Shown: positions 48,820-58,776 of the stretch, piece after piece | Position numbering within the stretch: position 1 is the stretch's first letter | Layout of the letters: each line of letters starts with the position of its first letter | NCBI GenBank assembly: GCA_030740155.1 | Contig: JASLXV010000008.1 | Location: 32,001-96,000, forward strand | Direction of reading: 5' to 3' | Origin: Dehalococcoidia bacterium | GTDB lineage: Bacteria; Chloroflexota; Dehalococcoidia; Lucifugimonadales; UBA3495 | DNA length: 64,000 nucleotides | Notes under the pieces: generated by a model | The model's input: only the letters and a program-made list of their open reading frames with translations | Told to the model about the DNA's origin: nothing | Database searches by the model: none | Position numbers and translations under genes: made by a program

Positions 48820-50718
48820 TCAGACCTCGCGAAACTCACCCTCCACGGTGTCAGCACCCGGCTCATCATCACCCGGCGGGGTCTCTTCGGTGGTCTCGGC
48901 CGGTTCGCTGGCCTCGCTGTAAACAGCCTGGCCCACCTTCTGCAGTGAGTCGTTGAGTTCTTTTATCGCCGCCTGCATCTCCGCGACGTTGTTTTCGGCC
49001 ACGGCGGTCTTTAGGATGGCGATCTTGCCCTCGACCTCTTCCTTCAGTTCCTGGGGCACCTTCTCTTTGTTTTCTTCGATCATCTTTTCGGCGCCATAGA
49101 CCAGGGAGTCGGCCTGGTTGCGCGTCTCCACCTCAGCCCGCCTCACCTGGTCCTGTTCCGCGTGGGCCATGGACTCGTTGACCATCCGCTCGATCTCCTC
49201 CTTGGCCAGGCCCGAGCCGGATTGGATCACGATCTTCTGTTCTTTGCCGGTGCCCTTGTCGTGGGCGGACACGCTGAGTATGCCGTTGGCGTCGATATCG
49301 AAGGTAACCTCAATTTGGGGCGTTCCCCGGGGTGACGGTAGAACGCCGTCGAGCATGAAACGGCCGATGGACTTGTTATCGGTGGCCATGGGCCGCTCGC
49401 CCTGAAGCACATGGATGTCGACGCTGGTCTGGCCATCGGCGGCGGTGGTAAACACCTCATTCTTCTTGGTTGGGATCGTGGTGTTGCGAGGAATCAGGGT
49501 CGTCAGAACTCCTCCCAGGGTCTCCAAGCCCAGGGTTAGCGGCGTGACGTCCAGGAGCACGATATCGCCAACCTCTCCCGCCAGAACCCCGGCCTGAATG
49601 GCGGCCCCCAGGGCCACCGCCTCGTCGGGGTTGACGTTCCGGTTGGGCTCGCGGCCAAACATCTCTTTGACTTTTTGCTGCACCGCCGGCATGCGGGTCA
49701 TTCCGCCCACCAGGATTACTTCTTCGATGTCCCCGGCGGCCATCCCGGCATCGGCCAAAGCCTGGAGGCACGGTCCTTGGGTCCGGTCGACCAGGCCGCT
49801 GACCATCTGATCCAACTTGGCCCGGCTCAAAGGTTTCACCAGGTGCTGGGGGCCGCTGGCATCGGCGGTGATGAACGGGAGATTGATCTCCGTTTCCAGA
49901 ACACTGGACAGCTCCACCTTGGCCCGCTCGGCGGCATCCCGCAGCCGTTGCAGAGCCATCCGGTCCTTGCTCAGGTCGATACCGGTCTCCTGCCTGAATT
50001 CCTGGATCAGCCACTCCAGGATCGCCTGGTCGAAGTCGTCGCCGCCCAGGAACGTGTCCCCGTTGGTGGACTTGACCTCGAATACACCCTCTCCCATCTG
50101 GAGGATGGTGATGTCGAAAGTGCCTCCACCCAGGTCGAAGACCGCTATGGTGGCATCGGTCTTGCTCTTGTCCAGGCCGTAAGCCAGGGAGCAGGCCGTT
50201 GGCTCGTTGATGATGCGGAGCACGTCCATCCCGGCAATGGTGCCGGCGTCCTTGGTGGCTTGCCGCTGGGAATCGTTGAAGTAGGCCGGAACGGTAATGA
50301 CCGCCTGGGTGATCTTCTCTCCCAGCTTGGCTTCCGCGTCCTGCTTGATTTTCTGAAGGACGAATGAGGAGATCTGGGGCGGGCCATAAGCCTGGCCGGC
50401 CATCTCCACCTGGGCATCTCCATCGGCGCCTTTCACTATCTTGTAGGGCAGTTTTTGAGTGGCGCCCTGGACCTCGGCGTCATCGAACCTCCGGCCCATC
50501 AACCGCTTGACGGAGAATAGGGTGTTCTCCGGATTGGTGACGGCCTGGCGCTTGGCGACCTGGCCCACGTACCTCTCCCCCGATCGGGCGTTTACCGCGA
50601 CCACCGACGGGGTTAGCCGGGAACCCTCGGCGTTTTCCACCACCACTGGTTCTCCGGCCTCGATAACCGCCGCCACGGAGTTCGTTGTTCCCAGATCGAT
50701 GCCCAGGACTTTAGCCAT
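48820..50718 (-). CDS. dnaK: Chaperone DnaK
   Basis: [36 protein letters not shown] and [13 protein letters not shown]. Confidence 0.99.
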   Translation of the reverse strand: MAKVLGIDLGTTNSVAAVIEAGEPVVVENAEGSRLTPSVVAVNARSGERYVGQVAKRQAVTNPENTLFSVKRLMGRRFDDAEVQGATQKLPYKIVKGADGDAQVEMAGQAYGPPQISSFVLQKIKQDAEAKLGEKITQAVITVPAYFNDSQRQATKDAGTIAGMDVLRIINEPTACSLAYGLDKSKTDATIAVFDLGGGTFDITILQMGEGVFEVKSTNGDTFLGGDDFDQAILEWLIQEFRQETGIDLSKDRMALQRLRDAAERAKVELSSVLETEINLPFITADASGPQHLVKPLSRAKLDQMVSGLVDRTQGPCLQALADAGMAAGDIEEVILVGGMTRMPAVQQKVKEMFGREPNRNVNPDEAVALGAAIQAGVLAGEVGDIVLLDVTPLTLGLETLGGVLTTLIPRNTTIPTKKNEVFTTAADGQTSVDIHVLQGERPMATDNKSIGRFMLDGVLPSPRGTPQIEVTFDIDANGILSVSAHDKGTGKEQKIVIQSGSGLAKEEIERMVNESMAHAEQDQVRRAEVETRNQADSLVYGAEKMIEENKEKVPQELKEEVEGKIAILKTAVAENNVAEMQAAIKELNDSLQKVGQAVYSEASEPAETTEETPPGDDEPGADTVEGEFREV

Positions 50719-51328
50719 TCTCGGTCTCCTTTGGGTCTGTGGTTTGTTCTGCTTGATCGTTGGTTTGAGGTTCGCGGGCCACCATGACCTGGGCCGGTTG
50801 AATCACCCGGTCGTGCAGCCTGTATCCGGGACGGATGGCCTGGGCGACGTAACCATCGGGGTATTCGGTGGTCTCCACCGTACCCAAGGCTTCGTGCTCC
50901 AGTGGATTGAACAGGGCTCCCAGGGAGTCCACCGCCGTGACCCCTTCGGACGCCAGCATGTTACGTAGCTTTCGCTGGATCAGCATGACGCCCTCCAGCC
51001 AGGAAGCGTTAGGCCCCCCCTTGCCGGCGTGGGTTACCGCCAGGTCCAACTCTTCAACGATCGGGAGCAGCCTGGTGAGGAGCCGGCCGTTGGAGTACCT
51101 TGCCTGGGATACCCGCTCTTCCTCGGTCCTCCGGCGAAAGTTCGCAAGCTCCGCCTGAGCCCGTTGGGCTGTGTCCAAGTTCTGGCTTGCCTCTTGCCGG
51201 GCTTCCCCCAGGTATTCACGGAGGGCTGCGAACTGGTCGTCCACTGAAAGGTGGCTCCATTCATCCTCGCCTTTTTCAGGTGAGGGCTCGGCTCCGTTCT
51301 CCTGGGAGTCGTTGGGTTCATTCGTCAT
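50711..51328 (-). CDS. grpE: Nucleotide exchange factor GrpE
   Basis: [18 protein letters not shown] and [16 protein letters not shown]; overlaps the dnaK start. Confidence 0.96.
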   Translation of the reverse strand: MTNEPNDSQENGAEPSPEKGEDEWSHLSVDDQFAALREYLGEARQEASQNLDTAQRAQAELANFRRRTEEERVSQARYSNGRLLTRLLPIVEELDLAVTHAGKGGPNASWLEGVMLIQRKLRNMLASEGVTAVDSLGALFNPLEHEALGTVETTEYPDGYVAQAIRPGYRLHDRVIQPAQVMVAREPQTNDQAEQTTDPKETENG

Positions 51329-51368
51329 TGGTCATCCTTGGGTTAGAGTTCAACGTCGCAGCAGGGGT

Positions 51369-51869
51369 TCAGTCATCCACCGGCAGGTTCAGGCTGCGAA
51401 AAACGCTGGTTATTTCTTGCTCTATAACCGAACTAAGAGGGTTGCCTTCCGAAAAAGCCAGAAGGCGTTGCTCCAAATGGAGCAGGTTCTCTATCAGCGC
51501 CAGAGCGAACTCTACCCCGGCGAGATTGAGGCCCATGTTCCCCAGGTGGCGGATCAGTCTCACCCTGCGGATGTCCTCCCGGGAATACAGCCGCAGCATG
51601 CCGATGGTCCGGCCCGGGTTGATCAACCCCATCCGCTCGTATTTGCGGAGCGTCTGAGGATGCACGTCCAAGATGCGAGCGGCTACGCTGATGATGTAGA
51701 CGCCTTCCATCCGCAACACCGTGTCTTCGGCATCGGTGGCGCCGGGCGCTGGCCGGGGGGGCTGGCTGGATTCCGGCCTGGCTAGAGACGCCTGCTCAGG
51801 CCGCATCGGTAGCGGTTGAGGTGAAATCTTCATCTTGTCGACCACCCTTGGCCTGGACCTCTGGTGCAT
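51369..51869 (-). CDS. hspR: MerR-family heat-shock repressor HspR-like
   Basis: YIISVAARILDVHPQTLRKYERMGLINPGRT, RLYS and GLNLAGVE; first gene of the grpE-dnaK operon. Start uncertain. Confidence 0.85.
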   Translation of the reverse strand: MHQRSRPRVVDKMKISPQPLPMRPEQASLARPESSQPPRPAPGATDAEDTVLRMEGVYIISVAARILDVHPQTLRKYERMGLINPGRTIGMLRLYSREDIRRVRLIRHLGNMGLNLAGVEFALALIENLLHLEQRLLAFSEGNPLSSVIEQEITSVFRSLNLPVDD

Positions 51870-51930
51870 CCGGTATCCCTCTATATTGCGTCAAACCCGT
51901 AGCTGCCCGCGTTGACCTTGCCATGTTTAT

Positions 51931-51959
51931 ATGATACGGTCTGATACGAGTTGTGTCAA
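51931..51959 (-). promoter_or_regulatory. Sigma70-type promoter of hspR-grpE-dnaK
   Basis: Minus strand TTGACA-17 nt-TATCAT. Confidence 0.68.
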
Positions 51960-52020
51960 CGTCCTTGTTGCGAAGGAGATAAATCGGGTGGGGAATCTAT
52001 GAGGGGAAAGGGAGGAGGAG

Positions 52021-52197
52021 ATGATCGAGTTTAAAGTTTGTCCACGATGCCGGGGAGACCTTTACCGCGCTGAAGATATGTATGGCAAATACCTCAGTTG
52101 TTTTCAATGCGGGTACTTGCGAGACCTGCCGGTTGAGAAACTGATGGCGATGCAGGAGCCCGCAACTCAGGTTGGGAAGAAGCAAGAGGTAGCCTAG
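52021..52197 (+). CDS. Small zinc-ribbon protein (58 aa, not in ORF track)
   Basis: MIEFKVCPRCRGDLYRAEDMYGKYLSCFQCGYLRDL...; CxxC-16-CxxC; GGAGGAGGAG SD. Confidence 0.8.
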   Translation: MIEFKVCPRCRGDLYRAEDMYGKYLSCFQCGYLRDLPVEKLMAMQEPATQVGKKQEVA

Positions 52198-52245
52198 TCC
52201 GAACCCCGCGCCGCGCGGGTTAAGGTCTCGGCCTCACCGGTCCAA

Positions 52246-52845
52246 TCAATGCTGGAAACGCTCCTCTTTCCAGGGGTCGGCGTTGTTTGAGTAACCTCGT
52301 TGCTCCCAGAATCCGGGAGCATCTTCGGCCAGCAGTTCGACGCCGCTGACCTATTTGGCGCTTTTCCAGGCGTAGCGGCTCGGAACGATCAAGCGTAGCG
52401 GCCAGCCATGGCTTTAGCCCAAAGGCTGGCCGTCTTGCTTGTGGGCGAAAAACCCCTCTCTCATGGCCAGTTCCAGGGGAATATTCGTGCTGTAGCCGCC
52501 GTGGCAGTGGACCACCACGAACCGGGCGCCGGGCAGCGGGCGGGCCAGGGACACCACGTCGGCAAAAGGTACCCCTTCCCAGCTGTTGTCCAGGTGGCTC
52601 CATTGGGTGACACAATGGAAATCGGCGTTGATCACCCGCCATTGGAGTTGGGAGAACTGATCCCAGTCCAGTTCGACTTCCTCGCCGGCCAGGCCGAACA
52701 CCCGGAGCTTCCAATCGGTGATGGCGACCTGAGGAACGGGTCCATAGGTCAAAACCGGGAACTTTTTGCTCAGGTATTGCCCCGGCGGGACCCGGCTGCC
52801 GGCACCCTGATCCAGGACGGTTTTGATCTGGTCGGGCCGTTTCAT
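52246..52845 (-). pseudogene. Sulfite oxidase-like molybdopterin oxidoreductase with two in-frame nonsense codons
   Basis: PPGQY, DFHCVTQWS and YSTN. After TAA (52414-52416) the frame continues HGWPLRLIVPSRYAWKSAK-TAG(52351-52353)-V...[19 protein letters not shown]. Confidence 0.9.
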
Positions 52846-53018
52846 ACAACTCCTAGTTTTCCGGCGGATACACGGCTCTGTTTCGAATTAGTGTAGTCTA
52901 TATCCCCGGATCCTGTGTAACCTATGTGCCCGGTCTCACACCCCCCGCCCACCGGTTTCACCTTGAGATGGTTCGAGGGCCTAATGCGGTTCCGCCTGAT
53001 ATCGCCGGCGCTTAAACG

Positions 53019-53119
53019 CTAGTACTGGTGTCATAAATCCGCGTTACAGCGGTTCGTATCCGTTAGGATAGCTTCCAAGCTTGGCTAATGTGACTCAGTT
53101 TGCCGACATCTAGCACTAG
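53019..53119. mobile_element. MITE-like element bounded by CTAG with imperfect terminal inverted repeats
   Basis: Left end CTAGTACTGGTGTCATAAATCCGCGTTACA; reverse complement of right end CTAGTGCTAGATGTCGGCAAACTGAGTCACA. Confidence 0.55.
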
Positions 53120-53982
53120 TAGTCGCCGCCGCCGCTGTCATCGCCGCCGCCGTCCATGCTTTCCTCGACAACGGCCCCTTGAGGCGCCGCGGAGATTGGG
53201 GTTCCGGAGGGCCCAACACTAATCGTCGCCTGCATGGAGGATGGGTGAATCCGGCAGTAATAGGCGAAAGTGCCCTCTTCGGTGAATTTGAAGCTGAACG
53301 AGGAATTCCCCGGCAGCATCGGACTGTCCCAGACACCGCTGGGACCAGGGGCGATACCGGACGTGGTGGTGTGAAAAACGGCGTCCTGGTTGGTCCAGGT
53401 GACCGTGGTCCCAACCGGCAGCGTCAAGTCCTCCAGTTTGAAATTCACGATGTTGGAGGCCAGGTCCACGGGCGCCGGGGTAGGTGTGGGAGGTGCGGTC
53501 GGCGTCGGCGGCGCCGGTGTCGGTTCCTGGGTGGCCACCACGAGGGCAGGCGTGCTGGCCGGTTCAGGTGTGGCCGAGGGAAGGGGCGTTGGCGCCATCG
53601 TGGGCGCGATGGTAAGTGCTACCGTAGGTGCGCTCAAAGGCGTGGGGCTTGGCGCGGAGGTTGGGCTGGAGGTCGCCACCGGGCTGGGTGCAACGGTAGG
53701 AAGTGGTGTGGGCGCCACCGTGGGCGTGATGGCCACCGTGGGGCTCGTGGTTGCGGCCGGCGTCGCCGTCGCTGCGCTGGGCGTTATTGGGATTGAAGCC
53801 GGTTGCAGAGCCACGGTCACGGCGAGAGTAGGAGTGGGTGCCGTTGCGGTGGGAGTGGCCGGCTGGGCTGTGGCCGAGCCACCGCAAGCCGCTACCAACA
53901 GCCAGATGGCCAGAAGAGGCGCCACTCGCTTGCCGCCGGGCTTAAATCTCACGGGGACTCCGACTGACTCGTGACCATTCAT
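53116..53982 (-). CDS. Lipoprotein with Pro/Thr/Ala-rich stalk and type-1 copper cupredoxin domain
   Basis: Lipobox LVAAC; long PT-rich linker; VTWTNQDAVFHT and YYCRIHPSSM give the H, C, H, M ligands. Confidence 0.85.
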   Translation of the reverse strand: MNGHESVGVPVRFKPGGKRVAPLLAIWLLVAACGGSATAQPATPTATAPTPTLAVTVALQPASIPITPSAATATPAATTSPTVAITPTVAPTPLPTVAPSPVATSSPTSAPSPTPLSAPTVALTIAPTMAPTPLPSATPEPASTPALVVATQEPTPAPPTPTAPPTPTPAPVDLASNIVNFKLEDLTLPVGTTVTWTNQDAVFHTTTSGIAPGPSGVWDSPMLPGNSSFSFKFTEEGTFAYYCRIHPSSMQATISVGPSGTPISAAPQGAVVEESMDGGGDDSGGGDY

Positions 53983-54168
53983 TGCAATATACGCCGGGTT
54001 TGATGAATGGGATTCCTGCCCGGCCAGCTAAATCCCGGCCCCCCGCTCAACTCCGCCACCGATTCGGCCCCGGCGCTGCTTGACATAACCGATCTCGCCA
54101 AACCCGATCCGATATGAGTTCGGCCTGAGGCGGACGGGCTTTCGCCCGTGGGAGGAGCGTATTTTCAC

Positions 54169-56997
54169 CTACAGCCTCCGTATGCCGGTCAGGACCCTGG
54201 CCGGGGTGGCCGGCAGGTCGTAGATACGGACTCCCACCGCGTCATAGATTCCATTAGTGATCGCGGGCGTCAGCGGCACGGTGGCCACCTCCGATATCCC
54301 CTTGGCGCCGAACGGCCCGATGGGGTCGGGCTTTTCCACGATCAACGTGCGGACCACCGGCGCCTCCAGGATCGTGGGCACCTTGAGGTCGTGGTAGGTC
54401 CGGGCCTTGGGCCAGCCCCGCTCCACCGGGAAGTCTTCGCTCAGGGCGTATCCCTGGGCCATGAGGCAGCTCCCCTCGATCTGGCCCTCGATCTTCTGAG
54501 GGTTGATGGCCCGGCCCACGTCATGGGCCGCAAAAACCCGGAGCACCTTGACCTTCCCGGTTTTGGGGTCTACCTCCAGCGCGCACGCCTGGGTGGTGTA
54601 GGCATAGGCGGGAAAGTTGCGGTACTCTTCACGGGGGACGCTCTTGCGTCCCGCCACGTCGGCCAGGGCGAAGGTCCTGGGCCCGACGAATACGTAGCTG
54701 CTTTGCACCCGCTCCTCTCGGCGGCTCATCTCCTGCTCCACCTCAGCCAGGGTGAGCCCGTCGCCCGATGCCGGGCCGGAAACTGCGTCGGCGGTGAGCG
54801 CCAGTTCTTCGGCCGGTAGCTCCAGGATGGAGGAGGCTGCGGCCAGCAACGCGTCCCTGAACAGCTTCGCCGCCTCCTGGACGGCCCGGCCATTGATCAG
54901 CGTCTGCCGCTCCGCCACCGCTCCGGCGTGTCGGTGGGTCAACGCCGTGTCACCGGAGATCACTTCCAGGCTGTGGTCGCCCAGGGGTACGACCTCCCGG
55001 GTGATCTGGGCCATCGTGGTACGGATCCCTTGTCCGTAATCCACGGCCGAGACCCTCAGCTCCACCTTTCCTCCGGGGAGAAGGGTGAAGGTAGCCCCCG
55101 CGTCATCCACCTTGCCCTTGCCCGCTCCCACGTTCTTGAAGGCGCTGGCCACGCCGATGCCCAACTTGCAGCCGGGAGTGACCATCTTCCTGATCCCGGG
55201 CAGCTCCTCTTCCAGCGCGGCCCGGGCGGCGGCCACGGTTTCCTGCAACGCCACGCTCTCCCTCAAGATCTGGCCGGTGGCCGTCTCACTCCCTGCCTTC
55301 AATCCGTTCTTGTGGCGCAGATCGAAGGGGTCAATGCCCAGCTTCCGTGCCGCCTCGTCCAGCAAGGACTCGAGGGAAAAGGCGGCCTGGTTGATGCCAA
55401 ATCCCCGGAAGGCCCCGCCCTTGACATTGTTGGTGTAGACGGCCCAACCCTCCACCCGCAGGTGAGGCACTTCGTAGGGGCCGCAAGCAAAGATGCAGGC
55501 TTGGTCGATTGTCCGGGGACTCAGGTCCGTGTAGGCGCCGGCGTCGGAAAGCAGCTTGGCGTCCACGGTCAGGATTTTGCCTTCGCTGGTCAGCCCAACC
55601 CGGTATTCCATCGAGTAGGCATGCCGCTTGGTGCTCCGTATCAGCGACTCCCCTCGGGTCAGGGTCATCTTGACGGCCCTCCCGGTGCAGTAAGCCGCGA
55701 GCGCCAGCAGGGGCTCAACAGTTGAGTCGAGCTTGCCGCCGAATGCGCCCCCTATGGGTGCGATGATGATGCGCACCTTCTCCTCCGGGAGCGCCATGGC
55801 GCTGGCCATTTGGGTCCGCAGTTCGAAGGGGCTCTGGGCTGGGACCCGCAGGGTCAGCACGTCGCCCTCCCAATAGGCCACCCCAGCCTCCGGCTCCGTA
55901 TAGGCGTGCTCGATGAAAGGCGTTTCGAAATGGCCTTCCACCACCAGGTCCGCTTCGGCCAGTCCCCGCTCGACGTCGCCCACGGCGTGGACCAGATGGG
56001 TGCAGACGTTCCCGTCAGGAAAAAGCAGGGGAGCATCTTCTCGCAGGCTGTCCGCGGGGGAAAAGAGACCCGGCAATGGCTCATAATCCACCCGAATCAA
56101 GTCCCGAGCCTTCTCCGCGATATCCTCACTCTCGGCCACCACCACGGCTACCGCGTCGCCGATAAACCGGACCCTATCCAGACACAGTACGGGTTGGTCC
56201 GGCTTGATCGAGCCGAATCCGTTGTGTCCCGGAACATCGGACGCCGTCAGGACCCGGAGGACGCCTGGGACCTCTTCTGCCGCCCCGGTGTCTATGCCTT
56301 TTATGATGGCGTGGGGGTGGGCGCTCCAGACCGCCTTGAGATAAAACATGTCCTCCAACAAGACGTCGTCTCCGTAGACCTGGGTCCCCTGGGCTTTCGC
56401 TACGCCGTCGATATCCATCACGGAGTGGTTGAGACCGCCACTGGCCAGCACCGCCATCTCCTCGGGGTTCTTCAGCCAGCGGGCGCTCAGTTTCACTCCG
56501 TCGATGATCTGTCCGTAGGCAGCGCACCGGCAGACGACATCACTCAAGGCCCGCCGGATTTCAGCATCGCCGGGGTCGGGGTTGGAGTCCAGCAGGGCCT
56601 TCGTGGCCATGATCATCCCCGGAATGCAGAATCCGCACTGTATGCCCCCAGCGGCCAGAAACGCCGCCTGTATTGGGTGTAGGGCCCCCGTTTCGGATAA
56701 CCCCTCGATGGTCACGATATCGGCGTTCTCCAGGGTACGCACCTGCAACAGGCATGACTTCTCCGGCTTCCCGTTGACTAGGACCATACAGCTGCCGCAA
56801 TGGTTCGTCCCGCAACCGTTCTTGGTGCCCGTCAGACGCAGGTCCTCCCGCAGGAACCGCATTAGGCTAAGCCTGTTGGTCACGGTGGAGGTCACCTTCT
56901 TCTGCCCGAGGAACCGGAGCAGGCTGGCCCTCGTGGGCACGTTAGAGGTGACCGCTTTCCCGTTGACCGTCAGGTTTACGCTGATGGTGTCGTCCAT
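54169..56997 (-). CDS. Xanthine dehydrogenase/aldehyde oxidoreductase family molybdoenzyme with fused 2x[2Fe-2S] domain
   Basis: GC-xxxCGSC, QCGFCIPG, CRC, GGAFGGK, AFRGFG, GQG, DVGRAINP-xxEGQIEG and GAKGISE. Confidence 0.94.
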   Translation of the reverse strand: MDDTISVNLTVNGKAVTSNVPTRASLLRFLGQKKVTSTVTNRLSLMRFLREDLRLTGTKNGCGTNHCGSCMVLVNGKPEKSCLLQVRTLENADIVTIEGLSETGALHPIQAAFLAAGGIQCGFCIPGMIMATKALLDSNPDPGDAEIRRALSDVVCRCAAYGQIIDGVKLSARWLKNPEEMAVLASGGLNHSVMDIDGVAKAQGTQVYGDDVLLEDMFYLKAVWSAHPHAIIKGIDTGAAEEVPGVLRVLTASDVPGHNGFGSIKPDQPVLCLDRVRFIGDAVAVVVAESEDIAEKARDLIRVDYEPLPGLFSPADSLREDAPLLFPDGNVCTHLVHAVGDVERGLAEADLVVEGHFETPFIEHAYTEPEAGVAYWEGDVLTLRVPAQSPFELRTQMASAMALPEEKVRIIIAPIGGAFGGKLDSTVEPLLALAAYCTGRAVKMTLTRGESLIRSTKRHAYSMEYRVGLTSEGKILTVDAKLLSDAGAYTDLSPRTIDQACIFACGPYEVPHLRVEGWAVYTNNVKGGAFRGFGINQAAFSLESLLDEAARKLGIDPFDLRHKNGLKAGSETATGQILRESVALQETVAAARAALEEELPGIRKMVTPGCKLGIGVASAFKNVGAGKGKVDDAGATFTLLPGGKVELRVSAVDYGQGIRTTMAQITREVVPLGDHSLEVISGDTALTHRHAGAVAERQTLINGRAVQEAAKLFRDALLAAASSILELPAEELALTADAVSGPASGDGLTLAEVEQEMSRREERVQSSYVFVGPRTFALADVAGRKSVPREEYRNFPAYAYTTQACALEVDPKTGKVKVLRVFAAHDVGRAINPQKIEGQIEGSCLMAQGYALSEDFPVERGWPKARTYHDLKVPTILEAPVVRTLIVEKPDPIGPFGAKGISEVATVPLTPAITNGIYDAVGVRIYDLPATPARVLTGIRRL

Positions 56998-57650
56998 GCT
57001 GAGAAGCCTCCGCGCCGTTTAGATAGCGGTGATGGACCGGCCGGAATTTGACCCGCTCGCCGCCCGTCATCGGATGTTATCTCACCAGCACAGCGTCGCA
57101 CAACCCAAGCACAATCAAGCGAAAGCCAGTTCGGCCGGTGGGGCTGGGTTGGCGTTGCCGGCCCGGAGCCGGTTTGGGCCGATGAACTTGGGCTACCGGT
57201 CTTGCGGGAAACGCATCTCCGAGGCGCCTCCTGGAGGATTCCATCTTCGCCAAGAGGTCAACAGCGGAAACAGGTTTCAAACAACTTATATTTTGCGTGT
57301 GACCCAAAACCCCCTTAATAAGGGAAACTGACGGGGATCACCCCGTTACAGGGGTTGCCCATGGGATGTTCGCCAAAGCATGCTTGGTCAGTATTCCAAT
57401 TCGGGAATCAAGCAATGTACTGCCCTTCGCGCTGCTGGAGCGCACGGGAATTTAAGTACGCTCTCGGGTACAATTGGGGATGCGAGTGGGGCCGAAAGTA
57501 TCGGTGACTGTAGATCCTGCCGGTCACCTTGGCCCGCACTTGGCAAGAATGAATTCCCTTTCAGATCGCCCACGGCGCGCCTTCACCGATACGTTCCGGT
57601 CGGAGGGCCACGGTATCTGGGGACGAATCAAACAACAGGAGGTGCCCCAC

Positions 57651-58773
57651 ATGCCGATGGGAAGAGCGGCGGCCTTCGTTGGACCACACCATTTCGAGAT
57701 GGTCGAACTGCCGACGCCGGCCGTTGAGCCGGGCGGAATTCTCATCCGGGTTACCGCCGCGGGCATCTGTGGCTCCGACCTCCATTACTGGCGTGGGCAG
57801 ATGAAGCCCGAATTCAAGGGATGTCCCGGGCCGGCGATCATCGGCCACGAGATGACCGGCGTGGTGCACACGTTGGGACGGGACATCACCACGGACTCGC
57901 TAGGCCGGCCTTTGCGAGAAGGGGATAGGGTTGCCTACACCTATTTCTTCCCTTGCCGGCGCTGCTATGTGTGCCTGAGGGGCGAGTTGAACCACTGCCC
58001 GGACCGTTTCCGTTTTCGGGCTTCCATCGAGGAGTACCCGTATTGCAGTGGAGGCTTTGCCGAGTACTTCTACCTCCACCCGGGACACTTCGTGTTCAAG
58101 GTCCCCGATAACCTTTCTGATGAAGCGGTAACGTCGGCCAACTGTGCGGTGCCCCAAGTGATATATGGACTCAACCAGGCCGGCGTTCGCATGGGCGACA
58201 CCGTGGTTATTCAGGGTGCGGGCGGCTTGGGTATCTATGGCGGGCGCCGCGGCCGCCATAGACATGGGCGCCTCCCACGTCATCGCCATAGACGGCATCT
58301 CCAACCGTCTGGAGTTGGCCGTGCAATGCGGCGCGGATAGCACGGTGGATATCAACGAACACACTACTCCGGAATCACGTGTCCAGCGGGTCAAAGAGTT
58401 GACGAATGGGCGAGGCGCCGACGTGGTTCTGGAGGTGGTGGGATTCCCTCACCTGGTTCCGGAAGGCCTGGATATGCTGAGACCGGGCGGCACCTTCGTG
58501 GAGACCGGCAACATCTCGACCGGCAGTAACGTTACCCTGGATATATCCAAGATATTGTGGGGCTCCACCAGAATCATACCCACGGCCCACTACGATCCCT
58601 ACATCCTTCCCGTGGCGCTGGACTTCCTCAACCGCACCAAAGACAAGTATCCGCTCACAAAAGTGATGTCCCACATGTTCCCGCTGGAGCAGATACACCA
58701 GGCCTTCGAGCAAGCGGAGTGGGCCGGCAAGGGGGAGGAGACCGCCATCACCCGGGCCTTCTTGATGCCCTGA
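57651..58773 (+). pseudogene. Zinc-dependent alcohol dehydrogenase, frameshifted by a 4-bp duplication
   Basis: GICGSDLH, GHE, CRRCYVC-C and GAGGLG in one frame; GRGADVVLEVVG in another. GGCG is duplicated at 58239-58246. Confidence 0.88.
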
Positions 58774-58776
58774 GCG

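Noticed and set aside
52979..52993. 15-bp match GCCTAATGCGGTTCC to the reverse complement of about 56854-56868
   Set aside because: One copy is inside a coding region and the match does not extend; likely chance.
56998..57650. Moco riboswitch or small gene in the 650-bp intergenic region
   Set aside because: No recognisable Moco RNA motif; the short ORFs lack SD or motif support.
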